64,000 bases of DNA from Nitrospirota bacterium (GCA_963749655.1 CAVVOB010000024.1:64001-128000), one strand, 5' to 3'; positions 1 to 10,818 are shown, numbered from the stretch's first letter. Made by a program: numbers and translations. Notes: generated from the letters alone by a model not told the origin.

Positions 1-1032
1 CCTGTTCCCGGCTCTGCTCGTTCCCCCGTCCCCGCATGAGCTGCAGATAGTCGACAATGATGAGGTCGAGGCCGTGTTCGAGCCTTCAGCCGCCGCGCCT
101 TTGCCTGCATCTCGAGCACCGAGATGGCCGCTGAATCGTCGATATAGATCGGCGCTTCGTGCAGCCTGCCGGCCGCATTGGACAGCGGCGTCCAGTCGCG
201 GTCGGACAAATGGCCGGTCCGGAGCTTGTGCGCGTCCACCCGCGCTTCGGACCCCAGCAGTCGGAGCACCAGCTGCTTCCTTGGACATTTCCAGGCTGAA
301 CAAGGCGACGGTCTTTCCCTTTTCGATCGCCGCATGGGCTGCGATGTTCAGGCACGAACGCGGTCTTTCCCATGGAGGGGCGGCCGGCGATGATGATGAG
401 ATCGCTCGGCTGGAGCCCCGAGGTCATATTGTCCAGGTCCACAAAACCGGTCGGGATCCCGGTGACCATTTCCTTCTGGTCGTAGAGCTTCTCGACCATC
501 TTGAAGCTGTGGCCGACGATGTTCTTCAGCGAGAAGAACGGTCTCGCCGATCTGTCTTCTGGGCGATGTCGAAGATGGACCGCTCGGCCGTATTCAGCAG
601 TTCGTCGATGCTGTCGACGGTCCGCGAATCGTCGTAGCACTGCGTGATGATGTCCGTGGACGCGTGGATCAGCTTGCGCAGGACCGCCTTTTCCCGCACG
701 ATCCTGGCGTGGTACTTGATGTTCGCCGCCGTGGGCACGAGGCTCACCAGCGTGGCCAGGTACGACGCGCCGCCGACCGCTTCGAGCGCCATCTTGCCGC
801 GCAGGCTGTCGCGTCAGCGTGACCAGGTCGATCGCCTCCTGCGCTCGAACATCTCGAGCATGACGGAAAGATCCTGCGGTGGACATCCTTGTAGAAATCG
901 TCGGGAGACAGGATGGTCGACCACGTTATTGATCGAGTCGTTCTCGATCAGGATGGCGCCCAGCACCATCTGTTCGGCGTCGATGTTCTGGGGGGGAAGC
1001 TTTTGAAGGGAGACTTCGGTCTGGACGGACAT
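1..1032 (-). CDS. dnaB: Replicative DNA helicase (5' part, runs off window start; several frame breaks)
   Basis: [17 protein letters not shown] start (814..1032), [10 protein letters not shown]...[13 protein letters not shown] (526..792), [34 protein letters not shown] (86..886 frame); reverse complement of 2-76 reads [16 protein letters not shown]. Breaks are probably sequencing indels. Confidence 0.95.
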
Positions 1033-1065
1033 GGATTCACCTCAACCTCGGGAAGCGGAAAGAAA

Positions 1066-1120
1066 GAAGCCAGAAGTCAGAACTCAGAATACATTCTTCT
1101 GACTCCTGTCTTCTGGCTTC
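1066..1120. repeat. Inverted repeat with 7-nt periodic arms
   Basis: GAAGCCAGAAGTCAGAACTCAGAA ... TTCTGACTCCTGTCTTCTGGCTTC; outer 11 bp perfectly complementary; lies between rplI and dnaB. Confidence 0.8.
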
Positions 1121-1145
1121 GAACATTGAATCAAACGGCACTGGC

Positions 1146-1595
1146 TTACTCTTCTGCAATGACCGACACCTTGAAATCCGCGGTCACGTCGGCGTGCAGC
1201 TTTACGGTGATCGTAAAATCGCCCAGCCGCTTGATCGGTTCGTCGAGCACGATCTTCCGCTTGTCGATCACGACGCCCTGCGCCTTCACGGCCTCAGCAA
1301 TGTCCATGGACGTTACGGAGCCGAAGAGCTTGCCTTCTTCGCCGACTTTCGCCTTGATCGTAACCGACAGGCCCTTGATTTTGTCGGCCTCGGCAGTGGC
1401 TTCTTTTTTCAGCTTGCGGATGACGGTCGGAAACCATCTTCTTCGCATGGTTCATGGCATTGAGGTTCTTCGGGAGTCGCCTCAATCGCCTTTTTCCCGG
1501 GCACCAGAAAGTTCCTGGCATAGCCGTCTGCAACCTTGACGAGATCGCCTATCTTTCCCAAATTTATCAATATCTTCCCGTAAAATTACCTGCAT
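1146..1595 (-). CDS. rplI: 50S ribosomal protein L9 (frame breaks)
   Basis: ATG at 1595 after AAAGGAG gives [10 protein letters not shown]..., then [14 protein letters not shown] in a shifted frame; C-terminal [16 protein letters not shown]...PIKRLG (1146..1448). Confidence 0.93.
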
Positions 1596-1635
1596 TGCAA
1601 GAGCTACTCCTTTCGAACACGTAAATAGTGGCACG

Positions 1636-1665
1636 ATACTACCAGAAAGAGGTGCAAGGTGTCAA
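1636..1665 (-). promoter_or_regulatory. Putative sigma70 promoter for rplI-dnaB
   Basis: TTGACA-18 nt-TAGTAT on the minus strand upstream of the rplI RBS. Confidence 0.55.
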
Positions 1666-1749
1666 TCAGAATTTATTTGCGTGCCGGGGACTGCGCCGGC
1701 CTTGATATCCCGATACCCGTGCGGCATGCTCAACTTGAGCGGCAGTTGG

Positions 1750-1882
1750 AACCGCAGATATACCCGGATGAAAATATAAAATCAGGAATAGAGATCATCT
1801 CGGCACGATCCCGGCAGGTGATTCATGGCTTGTGGCTTTACTTTCTGATTCATCCGTGTTTATCAGTGTTCATCAGTGGTTA
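1750..1882. repeat. Inverted repeat with 10-nt periodic arm
   Basis: Right arm ATCCGTGTTT-ATCAGTGTTC-ATCAGTGGTT-A (1852-1882); degenerate left arm AACCGCAGATATACCCGGATGAA (1750-1772). Confidence 0.7.
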
Positions 1883-1937
1883 AACGGATTTTTTCGGGAT
1901 GCTATCCTAAAAATGCCGGCATGCAGGCATTACCGCG

Positions 1938-4620
1938 TCACGAAGTTCCGCTCACCTTTTTCTTGATCTCATGCAGCTTGTTCAAGGCATCGAGGGGCGT
2001 CATGCTGTCGAGATTGAGGTCCTGCAGTTCCTTGAACAGAAGCCCTGCCTCGCTCGCGAACAGGCCGAGTTGCGGCTCGGGCGCCTCTTCTCCGGCTGCG
2101 CCGGTTTGAATGATCTTGTCTCCCCGTCTCCCTTTACCCCCTGTTCCCGGTCCCGTCTTCGGCGCGGCCACCGGCTCGCCCAGTTCGTTGAACTCGGCCT
2201 TTTCCAGGTTCGCGAGCACTTCCTTGGCCCGCCGGATCACGCTCGCGGCAGGCCGGCAAGCCGCGCCACCTGGATGCCGTAGGACTTGTCCGCTCCGCCC
2301 TCGACCACTTTGCGGAGGAAGACGATCTGGTCGTTCCATTCCTTGATGGCGACGGTGTAGTTCTTCACGCGGTCCATGGTAAGCGCAAGCTCGGTCAGTT
2401 CGTGGTAATGCGTGGCGAAGAGCGTCCGGGCCCGGAGCTTCGTATGGATGTACTCGGCAACGGCCCAGGCGATGCTGATGCCGTCGAAGGTGCTCGTGCC
2501 CCTGCCGATCTCGTCGAGGATGATGAGGCTCCGGTCCGTGGCGTTGTTCAGGATATTGGCGGTCTCGTTCATCTCGACCATGAACGTGCTCTGGCCGCGG
2601 GTGATGAAGTCCGAGGCTCCGACGCGCGTAAAGATCCGGTCCACGATGCCGATCTGCGCCTCCCGGGCCGGCACGAAGCTGCCCATCTGGGCCATGAGCG
2701 TGATCACCGCCACCTGGCGCATGTACGTGGATTTGCCCGCCATGTTCGGTCCGGTCAGGATGATGAGCTGGTTTTCCTCGCAGTCGAGGAGCCGTGTCGT
2801 TCGGGATGAACCGCTCTTCGGGCGAGAGCTGCTCGATCACCGGATGCCTTCCTTCGCTGATCCTGAGCGTGTCGCCGTCGAGGATCACCGGCCGGGAATA
2901 GTTGTTCTTGGCCGCTGCCTCGGCAAGGGAGACAAGACAGTCGAGGACCGCGAGCCTGCGCGCCATGTCCTGGATCCGGACCGTCTGGGCGGCCACCGCT
3001 TCCCGCACCTGCTGGAACAACCGGTACTCCAGGTCGAGGATCTTCTCCTCGGCGCCGAGCACCTTTTCCTCGTATTCCTTGAGTTCGGGCGTGATGAACC
3101 GCTCGGCGTTCGCGAGCGTCTGCTTGCGGATGAAATCCTGCGGCACGTTGGCGAGGTTCGTTTTGGTGACTTCGATGTAGTAGCCGAAGACCCTGTTGTA
3201 GCTCACCTTGAGCGAGTTGATGCCCGTGCGCTCCCGTTCGCGCTGTTCGATGCCGGCGATCAACCCTTTGCCTTCGGAGCTGATGGAGCGCAGGTCGTCA
3301 AGTTCGGCGCTATGGCCTTTTTTGATCAGCCTGCCCTCCCGGAGCGTATAGGGAGGATCATCGTGGACGGCTTTGTCGATGAGCTGATGCACGTCCTGCA
3401 GGTCGATCCCACTCTTCGATCAAATGATAGAGGAGTTTGCCTGCGCAGTCGGCAAGAAGTGTCCTGGATCGCGGCAGGGCGGTGAAGGATTGTTTGAGCG
3501 CCAGCAGGTCCCGTGCGTTCGCAGCGCCGAGCGACACCCGGCTGATCAGACGCTCGAGGTCATACACTTCAGCCGAGGGCGGTCCTGAGACTCTGATCGA
3601 AGCTGGTGGCTTTCCTTGAACTCGGCAACGGCGTCGAGCCGCTGCTCGATCTCTGCGGCGTCCATCAGCGGATTCAGGAGCCATTCGCGCAATTTTCTGC
3701 CGCCCATGGAGGTCGTCGTGAAATCGAGTACGGACAGGAGCGTCCCCCGGGTCGAACCGTCGTAGATGTTCTTGACCAGCTCCAGGTTTCGCTGGCAGGA
3801 CGCAGTCGAGGATCATGAATTCGCGGGCCAGGAACGGCTTCAGCCGGCGGATGTTCGCGAGGCCGGTCTTCTGCGTCTCTTCGATATAGCGCAGCGCGGC
3901 GCCGGCCGCCGATATGCCGAGCTTCATGCCGCTGCAGCCGAAGCCTTCGAGCGACGCGACCTTGAAGTGGTCGAGCAGCGTCCGGTAGGCGGTCTCGCGG
4001 TCGAAGGTCCAGTCGTCGCCGGCGTTGATCGCCTGGGTATAGGCGCGCAGGAGCGTTGACAGGCCCGGGTCGACTGATGCCCTTTCGGCAGCACGATCTC
4101 CCGCGGCGTGAACCGGGCAAGCAGGGTGTCCAGTGACGCGAGGCTTTCCTTTCCCGCCACTTCGGCAATGAAAAAATCCCCCGTCGATATGTCGAGGAAG
4201 GAAAGTCCGAATCCGTCCTTCGCCGGGATAGAGGGAGGCCAGATAGTTGTTGTCCTTGGCGTCGAGCAGGTTGGAGTCCAGCACCGTGCCGGGCGTCACG
4301 ACCCTGATGACTTCGCGTTTCACGATGCCTTTGGCGAGCTTGGGGTCCTCGACCTGTTCACAGACCGCGACCTTGAAGCCGCGGCGGATGAGCTTGGCGA
4401 TGTATCCCTCGACCGCATGATAGGGAAATCCGCAGAGCGGCGTTTCGATGCCCTTGGACTTGTTCCGCGCCGTAAGCGTGATCTCGAGGACCTTGGACGC
4501 CGTCACCGCGTCCTGGTCGAACATTTCGTAGAAATCGCCCATGCGGAACAGCAGGATCGCGTCGAGGTGCTGACGCTTGATCTCGCGGTATTGTTTCATA
4601 AGGGGGGTGGTATCAGACAT
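1938..4620 (-). CDS. mutS: DNA mismatch repair protein MutS (several frame breaks)
   Basis: TPLMKQY...[60 protein letters not shown] and a C-terminal QLGLF clamp-type motif, spread over ORFs 3358..4620, 1938..3392 and 2237..2743. Confidence 0.96.
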
Positions 4621-4670
4621 GGGAATAAGCGGGGCCGCGCTCTGCGATGAAGCCGGCCGGTCCCCGGGGA

Positions 4671-5435
4671 CTATCCTTTCGTTACGGTCATTCCGAGCTT
4701 CACCATGACCAGCTTGATGTCAGCCCAGGTGAATTTCTTGTCGCCGGGATGATCGACCAGGTGCGCCGGCGAGAACGTCGCCATGAGCGGGATGTCCTGA
4801 TATGAATGCCATCTGCCGCGGAGCGTGGAGATGCCTTCCTGCGTTTTGAGAAGTGCCTGGGCGGTACGTTCCCCCAGCGCGACGATCACCCTGGGTTTGA
4901 TGGCCTGGATCTGTTTCTGGAAGACGACCTCGCAGGCCTCTATCTCTTCCTGCTTCGGCCCCCGGTCAGCGGACGGCAGGCACTTCGTGAGCGTACAGAG
5001 ATAGACGATGCCGGGCTTCAGGTTCATGCCTTTCACGATAATGTCCGTCAAAAGCCGGCCCGCAGCGCCGGTGAACGGCCGTCCCCGGCCGCCCTCTTCC
5101 CGCCCCGGCGCGTCTCCTACGAAGACGAGATCAGCATCGATGTTGCCTTCGCCGAATACCTGCGCAGTCCGGCCCGAGGTCAAGGAGCATCGGGTACAGT
5201 TGGAAAGTTCCTCCTCCACGGCCGCAAGTCCGGTTGGCTTCATGGGAGGCCGGTCGGAAACGACCGGCGGCTTCACAACCTGATCAGCGGCCGTTTGCGG
5301 CGTGGAACGGGCTGGTGCCGCAGCCGGCTGCGATACCGGCAGGCGGACGTGGCGCACGCCGAGAGTCCGCTGATATTCGAGATGGGACCGTATCTGCGTT
5401 ACGATTTCCAGAAAATCGCGTTGGAGATCATTCAT
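4671..5435 (-). CDS. Uracil-DNA glycosylase family 4-like protein with divergent catalytic motifs
   Basis: CTRC and KC...C Fe-S cysteines, VFGEG...VFVGDAPG, PFTGAAG, IVALG, LRGRW; motif B reads TFSPA instead of T[FY]HPA. Confidence 0.85.
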   Translation of the reverse strand: MNDLQRDFLEIVTQIRSHLEYQRTLGVRHVRLPVSQPAAAPARSTPQTAADQVVKPPVVSDRPPMKPTGLAAVEEELSNCTRCSLTSGRTAQVFGEGNIDADLVFVGDAPGREEGGRGRPFTGAAGRLLTDIIVKGMNLKPGIVYLCTLTKCLPSADRGPKQEEIEACEVVFQKQIQAIKPRVIVALGERTAQALLKTQEGISTLRGRWHSYQDIPLMATFSPAHLVDHPGDKKFTWADIKLVMVKLGMTVTKG

Positions 5436-5491
5436 GGACGGCTCTTTTATTCTCCTCGATCCGACGATGAACAGAGGCGCTGATCACTGCT

Positions 5492-6343
5492 TTAATTTCC
5501 CCACTTCAGCTTCGTTCGAAGGATTTCGTAATAACTCTTGGTCGGGTGTTTGATCAGTTTCATCTTGTAGCGGGATTTCCTGATTTCTACAACGTCATGG
5601 GGCAGTAGCGGAAAGCCGATCTGGCCGTCGAGCGTGAGGGATACGTCCTCGCTTTTGGACGTGAGACAGACCGTCACCACAACGCTGTCAGGAAGGGCGA
5701 TAGGCCTGTTCGACAACGTATGAGGGCAGATGGGGGTCACGACGAAACAGTGGATCGTGGGATGGATGATGGGGCCGCCCGCGGAAAGGGAGTAGGCCGT
5801 CGAGCCCGTCGGCGTGGCAACGATCAGCCCGTCGGCCCTGAACGTGGTCAAGTGCCCTTCATTGACCGATATCCTGAGCTCCATCATGCGCGCCAAGGCG
5901 CCCTTGTTGATCACGGCGTCATTCAGCACGCGGTACTGGGTGAGCTTTCTTCCGTCGCGGATCACGCTCGCCGAGAGCATGATCCGGTCCTCGGTTTCGA
6001 GCTTTCCGGCGATTGCCTTTTCCAGGTTGTCGTACAGCTCGTTCAGGGACACCTCGGCCATGAACCCCAGGCTCCCCAGGTTGACGCCGAAGATGGGGAC
6101 GTCGGTATGCGCGTCGGCAACGTGGCGCGACGCGGACAGCAAGGTCCCGTCTCCGCCGAGCACGATCAGCATCTCGACGAGCTCCGGGATCTCAGCCCGC
6201 TCGTATCCCCGCGTGCCGATAGCCGCCGCCGTTTCGCTGTCGATGAATACCTTTTTCCCGCGCGCTTCCAGCCAGGCGGTGAGTTTCCTTGCCGCCTTCT
6301 GAGCTTCGGGGATGTCTTTTGCGATGATGCCTATTTTTTTCAT
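5492..6343 (-). CDS. nadK: NAD(+) kinase
   Basis: GGDGT, GVNLGSLGF, LNDAV, DGLIVATPTGSTAYSLSAGGP. Confidence 0.96.
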   Translation of the reverse strand: MKKIGIIAKDIPEAQKAARKLTAWLEARGKKVFIDSETAAAIGTRGYERAEIPELVEMLIVLGGDGTLLSASRHVADAHTDVPIFGVNLGSLGFMAEVSLNELYDNLEKAIAGKLETEDRIMLSASVIRDGRKLTQYRVLNDAVINKGALARMMELRISVNEGHLTTFRADGLIVATPTGSTAYSLSAGGPIIHPTIHCFVVTPICPHTLSNRPIALPDSVVVTVCLTSKSEDVSLTLDGQIGFPLLPHDVVEIRKSRYKMKLIKHPTKSYYEILRTKLKWGN

Positions 6344-6389
6344 TCCCTGTTCCCGTCTCCCGCCGGCTGCTGATACGCCGCGATCTCTG

Positions 6390-6866
6390 CTATCCGACGA
6401 CGTTGAGGTTTTGCTTCAGTTCGTCGAGGAGTTTCTCGTACCGCTCCCCTTCCGCCAGAAACCCTATCTCGCGGCTCGCAGCATCGACATAGGAGAGATA
6501 AATGCTCAGACATTCGACCGGCAGTTCGTCCTCTGCGCGCTCCGCCCACTCTATGACCGTCACGCCGTCCGAATCGATGTATTCGTCGAACCCGAGGTTC
6601 TCCAGCTCTGCCGGGTCCTTGAGCCGATAGAGGTCGATGTGATAGAACGGCACGCGGCCCTTATATTCATTCACGAACGTGAAGGTGGGGCTTGTGATGT
6701 ATTGGGTTTGCACTTCGAGGCCCAGGGCGATGCCGTAGGAAAGGCTCGTTTTGCCCGCGCCGAGATCGCCGTACAGGCAGACCGTGTCCCCCTCTTTGAG
6801 GCGGGCGCCGAGAAGCTGGCCGATGCGCCAGGTCTGCTCAGGGCTGGAGGTGATCACGCTGAACAT
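6390..6866 (-). CDS. tsaE: tRNA threonylcarbamoyladenosine biosynthesis ATPase
   Basis: GDLGAGKT, TSPTF, HIDLYRL, IEWAE. Confidence 0.96.
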   Translation of the reverse strand: MFSVITSSPEQTWRIGQLLGARLKEGDTVCLYGDLGAGKTSLSYGIALGLEVQTQYITSPTFTFVNEYKGRVPFYHIDLYRLKDPAELENLGFDEYIDSDGVTVIEWAERAEDELPVECLSIYLSYVDAASREIGFLAEGERYEKLLDELKQNLNVVG

Positions 6867-7324
6867 CAGTCGGCCTGCCGCGCAATGGCTTTGACCACGT
6901 CGCGTTTGCCCACGATGCCCAGCACCTTGCCTGCCTTGACCACAGGCAGCAGGTGCACCCTCTTCTCGGACATGACCGTGGCGATGTCCTCGATCGAAGT
7001 GTCCTCGGCAACGGTGACCACCTTCTTCGTGCAGATGTCCCCCACCCGAGTCGCGGTCAGGCGCTTGACGTCCTGTTCGAACTTTTTCGAGCTTTCAAGG
7101 TAAATTGCGGCATCGAGAAAGCTCACCACGGTAGGGATGTGCAGTCTCTTGTTCCGGCTGATGAGATCGTTTTCGGTCACGATGCCGACCAGGTTCCCGG
7201 CCTCGTCGACGACGGGTGTCCCGCTGATATGATGCTCCATCAGGAGGGAGGCGAGCGCCTCGATGGAGGTATCGGGTTTTACGGTGACGACGTTCCTGGT
7301 CATGATGTCTTTCGCGGTCAGCAT
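6866..7324 (-). CDS. CBS-pair domain protein
   Basis: AKDIMTRNVVTV...PVVDE...GIVTENDL followed by a second CBS repeat; translationally coupled to tsaE. Confidence 0.9.
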   Translation of the reverse strand: MLTAKDIMTRNVVTVKPDTSIEALASLLMEHHISGTPVVDEAGNLVGIVTENDLISRNKRLHIPTVVSFLDAAIYLESSKKFEQDVKRLTATRVGDICTKKVVTVAEDTSIEDIATVMSEKRVHLLPVVKAGKVLGIVGKRDVVKAIARQAD

Positions 7325-7415
7325 TGCATCACCTCAATAATGAATTTCGATTTTTTACTGCGGTTGAACATTCCTGGTCGGTGCACATACCCGTGCCGGT
7401 CCCTGTGCCCGGAAC

Positions 7416-8957
7416 TTATCGGCCCGGATCTTTCAGCGCCTCGGGGATCTTATCGATCAGGTCCCCGGCGATCAGTGAACTCTCTCCCTTTTCCTGTGCT
7501 GCCAGGTCGCCGGCGCGGCCGTGCAGATAGACGCCGAGGCAGGCGGCCTCTTCCGACGGCTGACGCTGCGCAAGAAATCCGCCGATCATGCCGGTCAGCG
7601 CGTCGCCGGTACCGCCTGTTGCCATGCCCGGGTTGCCTGAGGAATTCACGAAAATCCGGCCGTTGGGAGCGGCGATAACCGTGCCCACGCCCTTCAAGAC
7701 GACGATGACCTTGTACTTCGCGGCAAATTTCGACGCCATCCCGATGCGGTCCTTCTGCACATCCGTTGAAGAAATGGCGAGCAGTCTTCCCATCTCGCCC
7801 GGATGGGGGGTGATGATGACGGGGGCCTTGGCGCGCAGAAAAATTTCAGGCCGGCCGGCAAAGGCGTTTAAACCGTCGGCGTCGATGACCAGGGGCACGG
7901 TCATGCGCTGGACGAGATTCCTCACTACCTGGGCGGTCTCGAAATGCGTTGAAAGCCCGGGGCCGATGGCGCAGGCGGTCATCGATCCGGCCGCCTTGAG
8001 CAGTTCCTCTTCTGATCCGATGCCCAGCGTCCCTTCGATGCTTTCTACGGAGGGGATGCACATGGCTTCAGCGACTGACGACTGCAGGATCGGAACAAGG
8101 CCGTTGGGTACCGCCACACTCACGAGGCCCGCTCCCGATCTGAGCGCGGACCGTGCTGCCATGACCGCTGCGCCGGCCTTGCCCGGAGACCCGGCGATGA
8201 TCATCAGGTGTCCGAAATCGCCCTTATGAGCGTCCGCTTTCCTGGGCAGGACTGCTCCCCAGAGGGAGTTCCCCTCGAGCAGGCTCACGCTGATCTTTTC
8301 TTTCTCGATCACTTCCGGCGGGATCCCGATGTCGGCAATGCGGACCGTTCCTGCATGCCGGGCCCCGGGATGGAGCACCAGCCCCTGCTTGAGGAGCGCC
8401 ATGGTCACGGTCAGGTCGGCCTTGACTGCCGTACCCATGACCGCGCCCGTGTCCGCATCGATCCCGGTGGGCACATCGACAGCAACAACCGGTTTTCCCG
8501 ACGCGTTCACGACGTTCACGGCCCGGGCATAGGACCCCGTCAGGGGCGAGGTCAATCCCACCCCGAGCATGGCATCGACGACCACGTCGGACCAGGAAAC
8601 AACTTCGGCAACGTCCTTCATTGATGCGTTCTGGGTGAGTTCTACGTCCGTTTTGCGCAGGATGGAAAGGTTGACGCCGGCCTCGCCCTTCACCGCGCTG
8701 AAGGGAGCGAGCAGCGCAACACGGACAGGGACGCCCCGGATCCGGAGCCTGCGGGCGAGCGCCAGACCGTCGCCGCCGTTGTTCCCCTTGCCGCACAGAA
8801 TGCCGACCTTCATGCTCTCCAGGCCGTTAAAAAACCTGTCCATTTCCGCCATAACAGCGGCTGCGGCGTTCTCCATCAGGACAGGGCCGGGGATGCCGAA
8901 AGCCCGGATTGCACGGCGGTCGATGTTCTTGATCTGTTGTACCGTGGCGATCTTCAT
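7416..8957 (-). CDS. nnr: Bifunctional NAD(P)H-hydrate epimerase/dehydratase
   Basis: LMENAA, GKGNNGGDG, AVDVPTG, HKGDFG, VIDADGLN, TPHPGEM, GNPGMATGGTGD; start taken at MKIATVQQ. Confidence 0.95.
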   Translation of the reverse strand: MKIATVQQIKNIDRRAIRAFGIPGPVLMENAAAAVMAEMDRFFNGLESMKVGILCGKGNNGGDGLALARRLRIRGVPVRVALLAPFSAVKGEAGVNLSILRKTDVELTQNASMKDVAEVVSWSDVVVDAMLGVGLTSPLTGSYARAVNVVNASGKPVVAVDVPTGIDADTGAVMGTAVKADLTVTMALLKQGLVLHPGARHAGTVRIADIGIPPEVIEKEKISVSLLEGNSLWGAVLPRKADAHKGDFGHLMIIAGSPGKAGAAVMAARSALRSGAGLVSVAVPNGLVPILQSSVAEAMCIPSVESIEGTLGIGSEEELLKAAGSMTACAIGPGLSTHFETAQVVRNLVQRMTVPLVIDADGLNAFAGRPEIFLRAKAPVIITPHPGEMGRLLAISSTDVQKDRIGMASKFAAKYKVIVVLKGVGTVIAAPNGRIFVNSSGNPGMATGGTGDALTGMIGGFLAQRQPSEEAACLGVYLHGRAGDLAAQEKGESSLIAGDLIDKIPEALKDPGR

Positions 8958-9069
8958 GATCCGCCGATCCTCTTCGATATTGGTTAAAAAGTCTTTTATT
9001 GCCACGGAAGTCACAAGAGACTCAGACAATATCTCTGATCTTAAAAATCTTTCTAAATGAAATTTGCTT

Positions 9070-9204
9070 AACGCACAGATGAACACGGTCTAAACACGGA
9101 TAGAAACAAAGTTTTCGCAAACTTGCTCAAAGGAAAGCAAACCCTGAATTCTTTTTCACGCTGTGTTGCGATCTGTGTGTCTGGCGAAGCCGGACCTGTG
9201 GTTA
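9070..9204. repeat. Degenerate inverted repeat with ~10-nt periodic arms
   Basis: AACGCACAGATGAACACGGTCTAAACACGGATA ... ATCTGTGTG[TCTGGCGAAGCCGGA]CCTGTGGTTA between acpS and nnr. Confidence 0.6.
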
Positions 9205-9247
9205 TAAAACTTGACTCAAAATTCAAGATGTTGGTTCGTAAAGTACT

Positions 9248-9658
9248 TTAATGGGCTCCGTGCTGGTCCGCGGCAGGGAACAGCCCTCCCACCAGCACGA
9301 CCTGCGCCACTGCGTAGCCCTCGTCATGGGAATAGCTCAGGTGTATCTGCTTCACCCCCCGCAGGTCCATCAAATCCTTCACACGGCCGGAAACGTTCAC
9401 AATGGGGCCGCCGCCCTCGCCGTGAAGGACCTCCATGTCCGTCCATTTCACGCCCGTGCTCCATCCGGTACCGATGGCCTTCAAAAGCGCTTCCTTTGCC
9501 GCAAACCTGCCGGCATAGTGCTGGGCCGGAAACTTCTGGCGCGAGCAATACTCCCGTTCCCGCTCCGTGTACACGCGTTCGAGAAAACCGGAATGGTTTT
9601 TGCCCGCCTTGTCGATGCGGTCGATCTTGACCAGGTCGACACCGATGCCGATGATCAT
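9248..9658 (-). CDS. acpS: Holo-[acyl-carrier-protein] synthase
   Basis: MIIGIGVDLV, AGRFAAKEALLKAIGTG, LSYSHD. Confidence 0.96.
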   Translation of the reverse strand: MIIGIGVDLVKIDRIDKAGKNHSGFLERVYTEREREYCSRQKFPAQHYAGRFAAKEALLKAIGTGWSTGVKWTDMEVLHGEGGGPIVNVSGRVKDLMDLRGVKQIHLSYSHDEGYAVAQVVLVGGLFPAADQHGAH

Positions 9659-9691
9659 GTTGCCCCCCGACTCCCGCCGAAATGATGGATA

Positions 9692-9801
9692 TAACCACGG
9701 ATGAACACGGTTAAAGAATGCGTTTTTGAGGAGAATTCCCGACTGCATATCTTGTCAGGAATTATGTTTCATCCGTGTTTATCCGTGTTCATCCGTGGTT
9801 A
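9692..9801. repeat. Perfect 19-bp inverted repeat built from 10-nt units
   Basis: TAACCACGGATGAACACGG (9692-9710) is the exact reverse complement of CCGTGTTCATCCGTGGTTA (9783-9801); right arm is ATCCGTGTTT-ATCCGTGTTC-ATCCGTGGTT. Confidence 0.9.
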
Positions 9802-9831
9802 CTGACTTGTTCTTTAGACAGACCGGCGTCC

Positions 9832-10542
9832 TTACAACAACTGTTTCATCTCCCGGACCGCCCGATCGATACCGACGAGGGCGGCCCGCGCTATGATGCT
9901 GTGGCCGATGTTCATCTCCTCGACCTCGGGGATGTCCGCGATCCTTCCGACGTTCACGTAGTTAAGACCGTGTCCGGCGCCGACGTGCATGCCCAGGCTC
10001 GCGGCAAGCTTTGCCGCTTCGGCGATCTTCTTCCATTCGCGCTCGCGGTCGTCCTCGCTCCGCGCGTTGGCATAGGTGCCGGTATGAAGTTCCACCCAGT
10101 CAGCGCCTGCCTTTTTGGAAGCGGCGATCTGTTTTTCCTCGGGATCGACAAAAAGGCTTACGATGATGCCTGCCCCCTGGAGGGCCTTGATATAGGCCTT
10201 CAGAAAATCGATCCTCGCCGCGACCTCCAGGCCGCCCTCGGTAGTCAGCTCCTCGCGCTTCTCCGGGACCAGCGTTGATATTTCAGGTTTTACCTCGCGG
10301 GCAATGCGCCCCATCTCCTCGGTTGCGGCCATTTCCATGTTCAATTTGGTCTGCACGACTTCCCGCAGAAGCCGGAGATCACGGTCCTGCACATGCCTGC
10401 GGTCTTCCCGGAGATGGGCAATGATCCCGTCGGCGCCCGCCAGCTCGGCGATCAGCGCGGCGGCAATGGGGTCAGGCTCCTTGCCCCTCCTTGCCTGCCT
10501 GATCGTGGCAATGTGGTCGATGTTTACAGACAGCCTGGGCAC
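9832..10542 (-). CDS. pdxJ: Pyridoxine 5'-phosphate synthase
   Basis: [52 protein letters not shown]; GTG start at 10542 with GAGGAGG RBS. Confidence 0.96.
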   Translation of the reverse strand: MPRLSVNIDHIATIRQARRGKEPDPIAAALIAELAGADGIIAHLREDRRHVQDRDLRLLREVVQTKLNMEMAATEEMGRIAREVKPEISTLVPEKREELTTEGGLEVAARIDFLKAYIKALQGAGIIVSLFVDPEEKQIAASKKAGADWVELHTGTYANARSEDDREREWKKIAEAAKLAASLGMHVGAGHGLNYVNVGRIADIPEVEEMNIGHSIIARAALVGIDRAVREMKQLL

Positions 10543-10818
10543 GCTTACAGCCTCCTCAACGATGATATCCGTTTCTTTTTCGGATTTTATCATCTCTCTT
10601 CCAAAATATCCAGATAATTTATGTTTCAGGGCTCCGAGAAGACGGTCCGAATGACATCATTACGGCGTCAGGCATTTTCCCCGCGCCGCACGTCGCTCGC
10701 GGTTCATCGGCGTCCAATTCTTTCAGGTTGACCATCGTCCGTACCTCTGGTATTATTTCTCCATTCTGTCGACTATGTCGACGTATTCGAATATTCCCAT
10801 CCCTCTGGAGGTGCCTCG

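Noticed and set aside
1-4620. dnaB, rplI and mutS as pseudogenes or programmed frameshifts
   Set aside because: dnaB is essential, the motifs are intact across frames and no consistent slippery site is evident; sequencing indels are more parsimonious.
9692-9801. CRISPR array interpretation of the periodic repeats
   Set aside because: Units are 7-10 nt and directly tandem with no unique spacers; no cas genes in the window.
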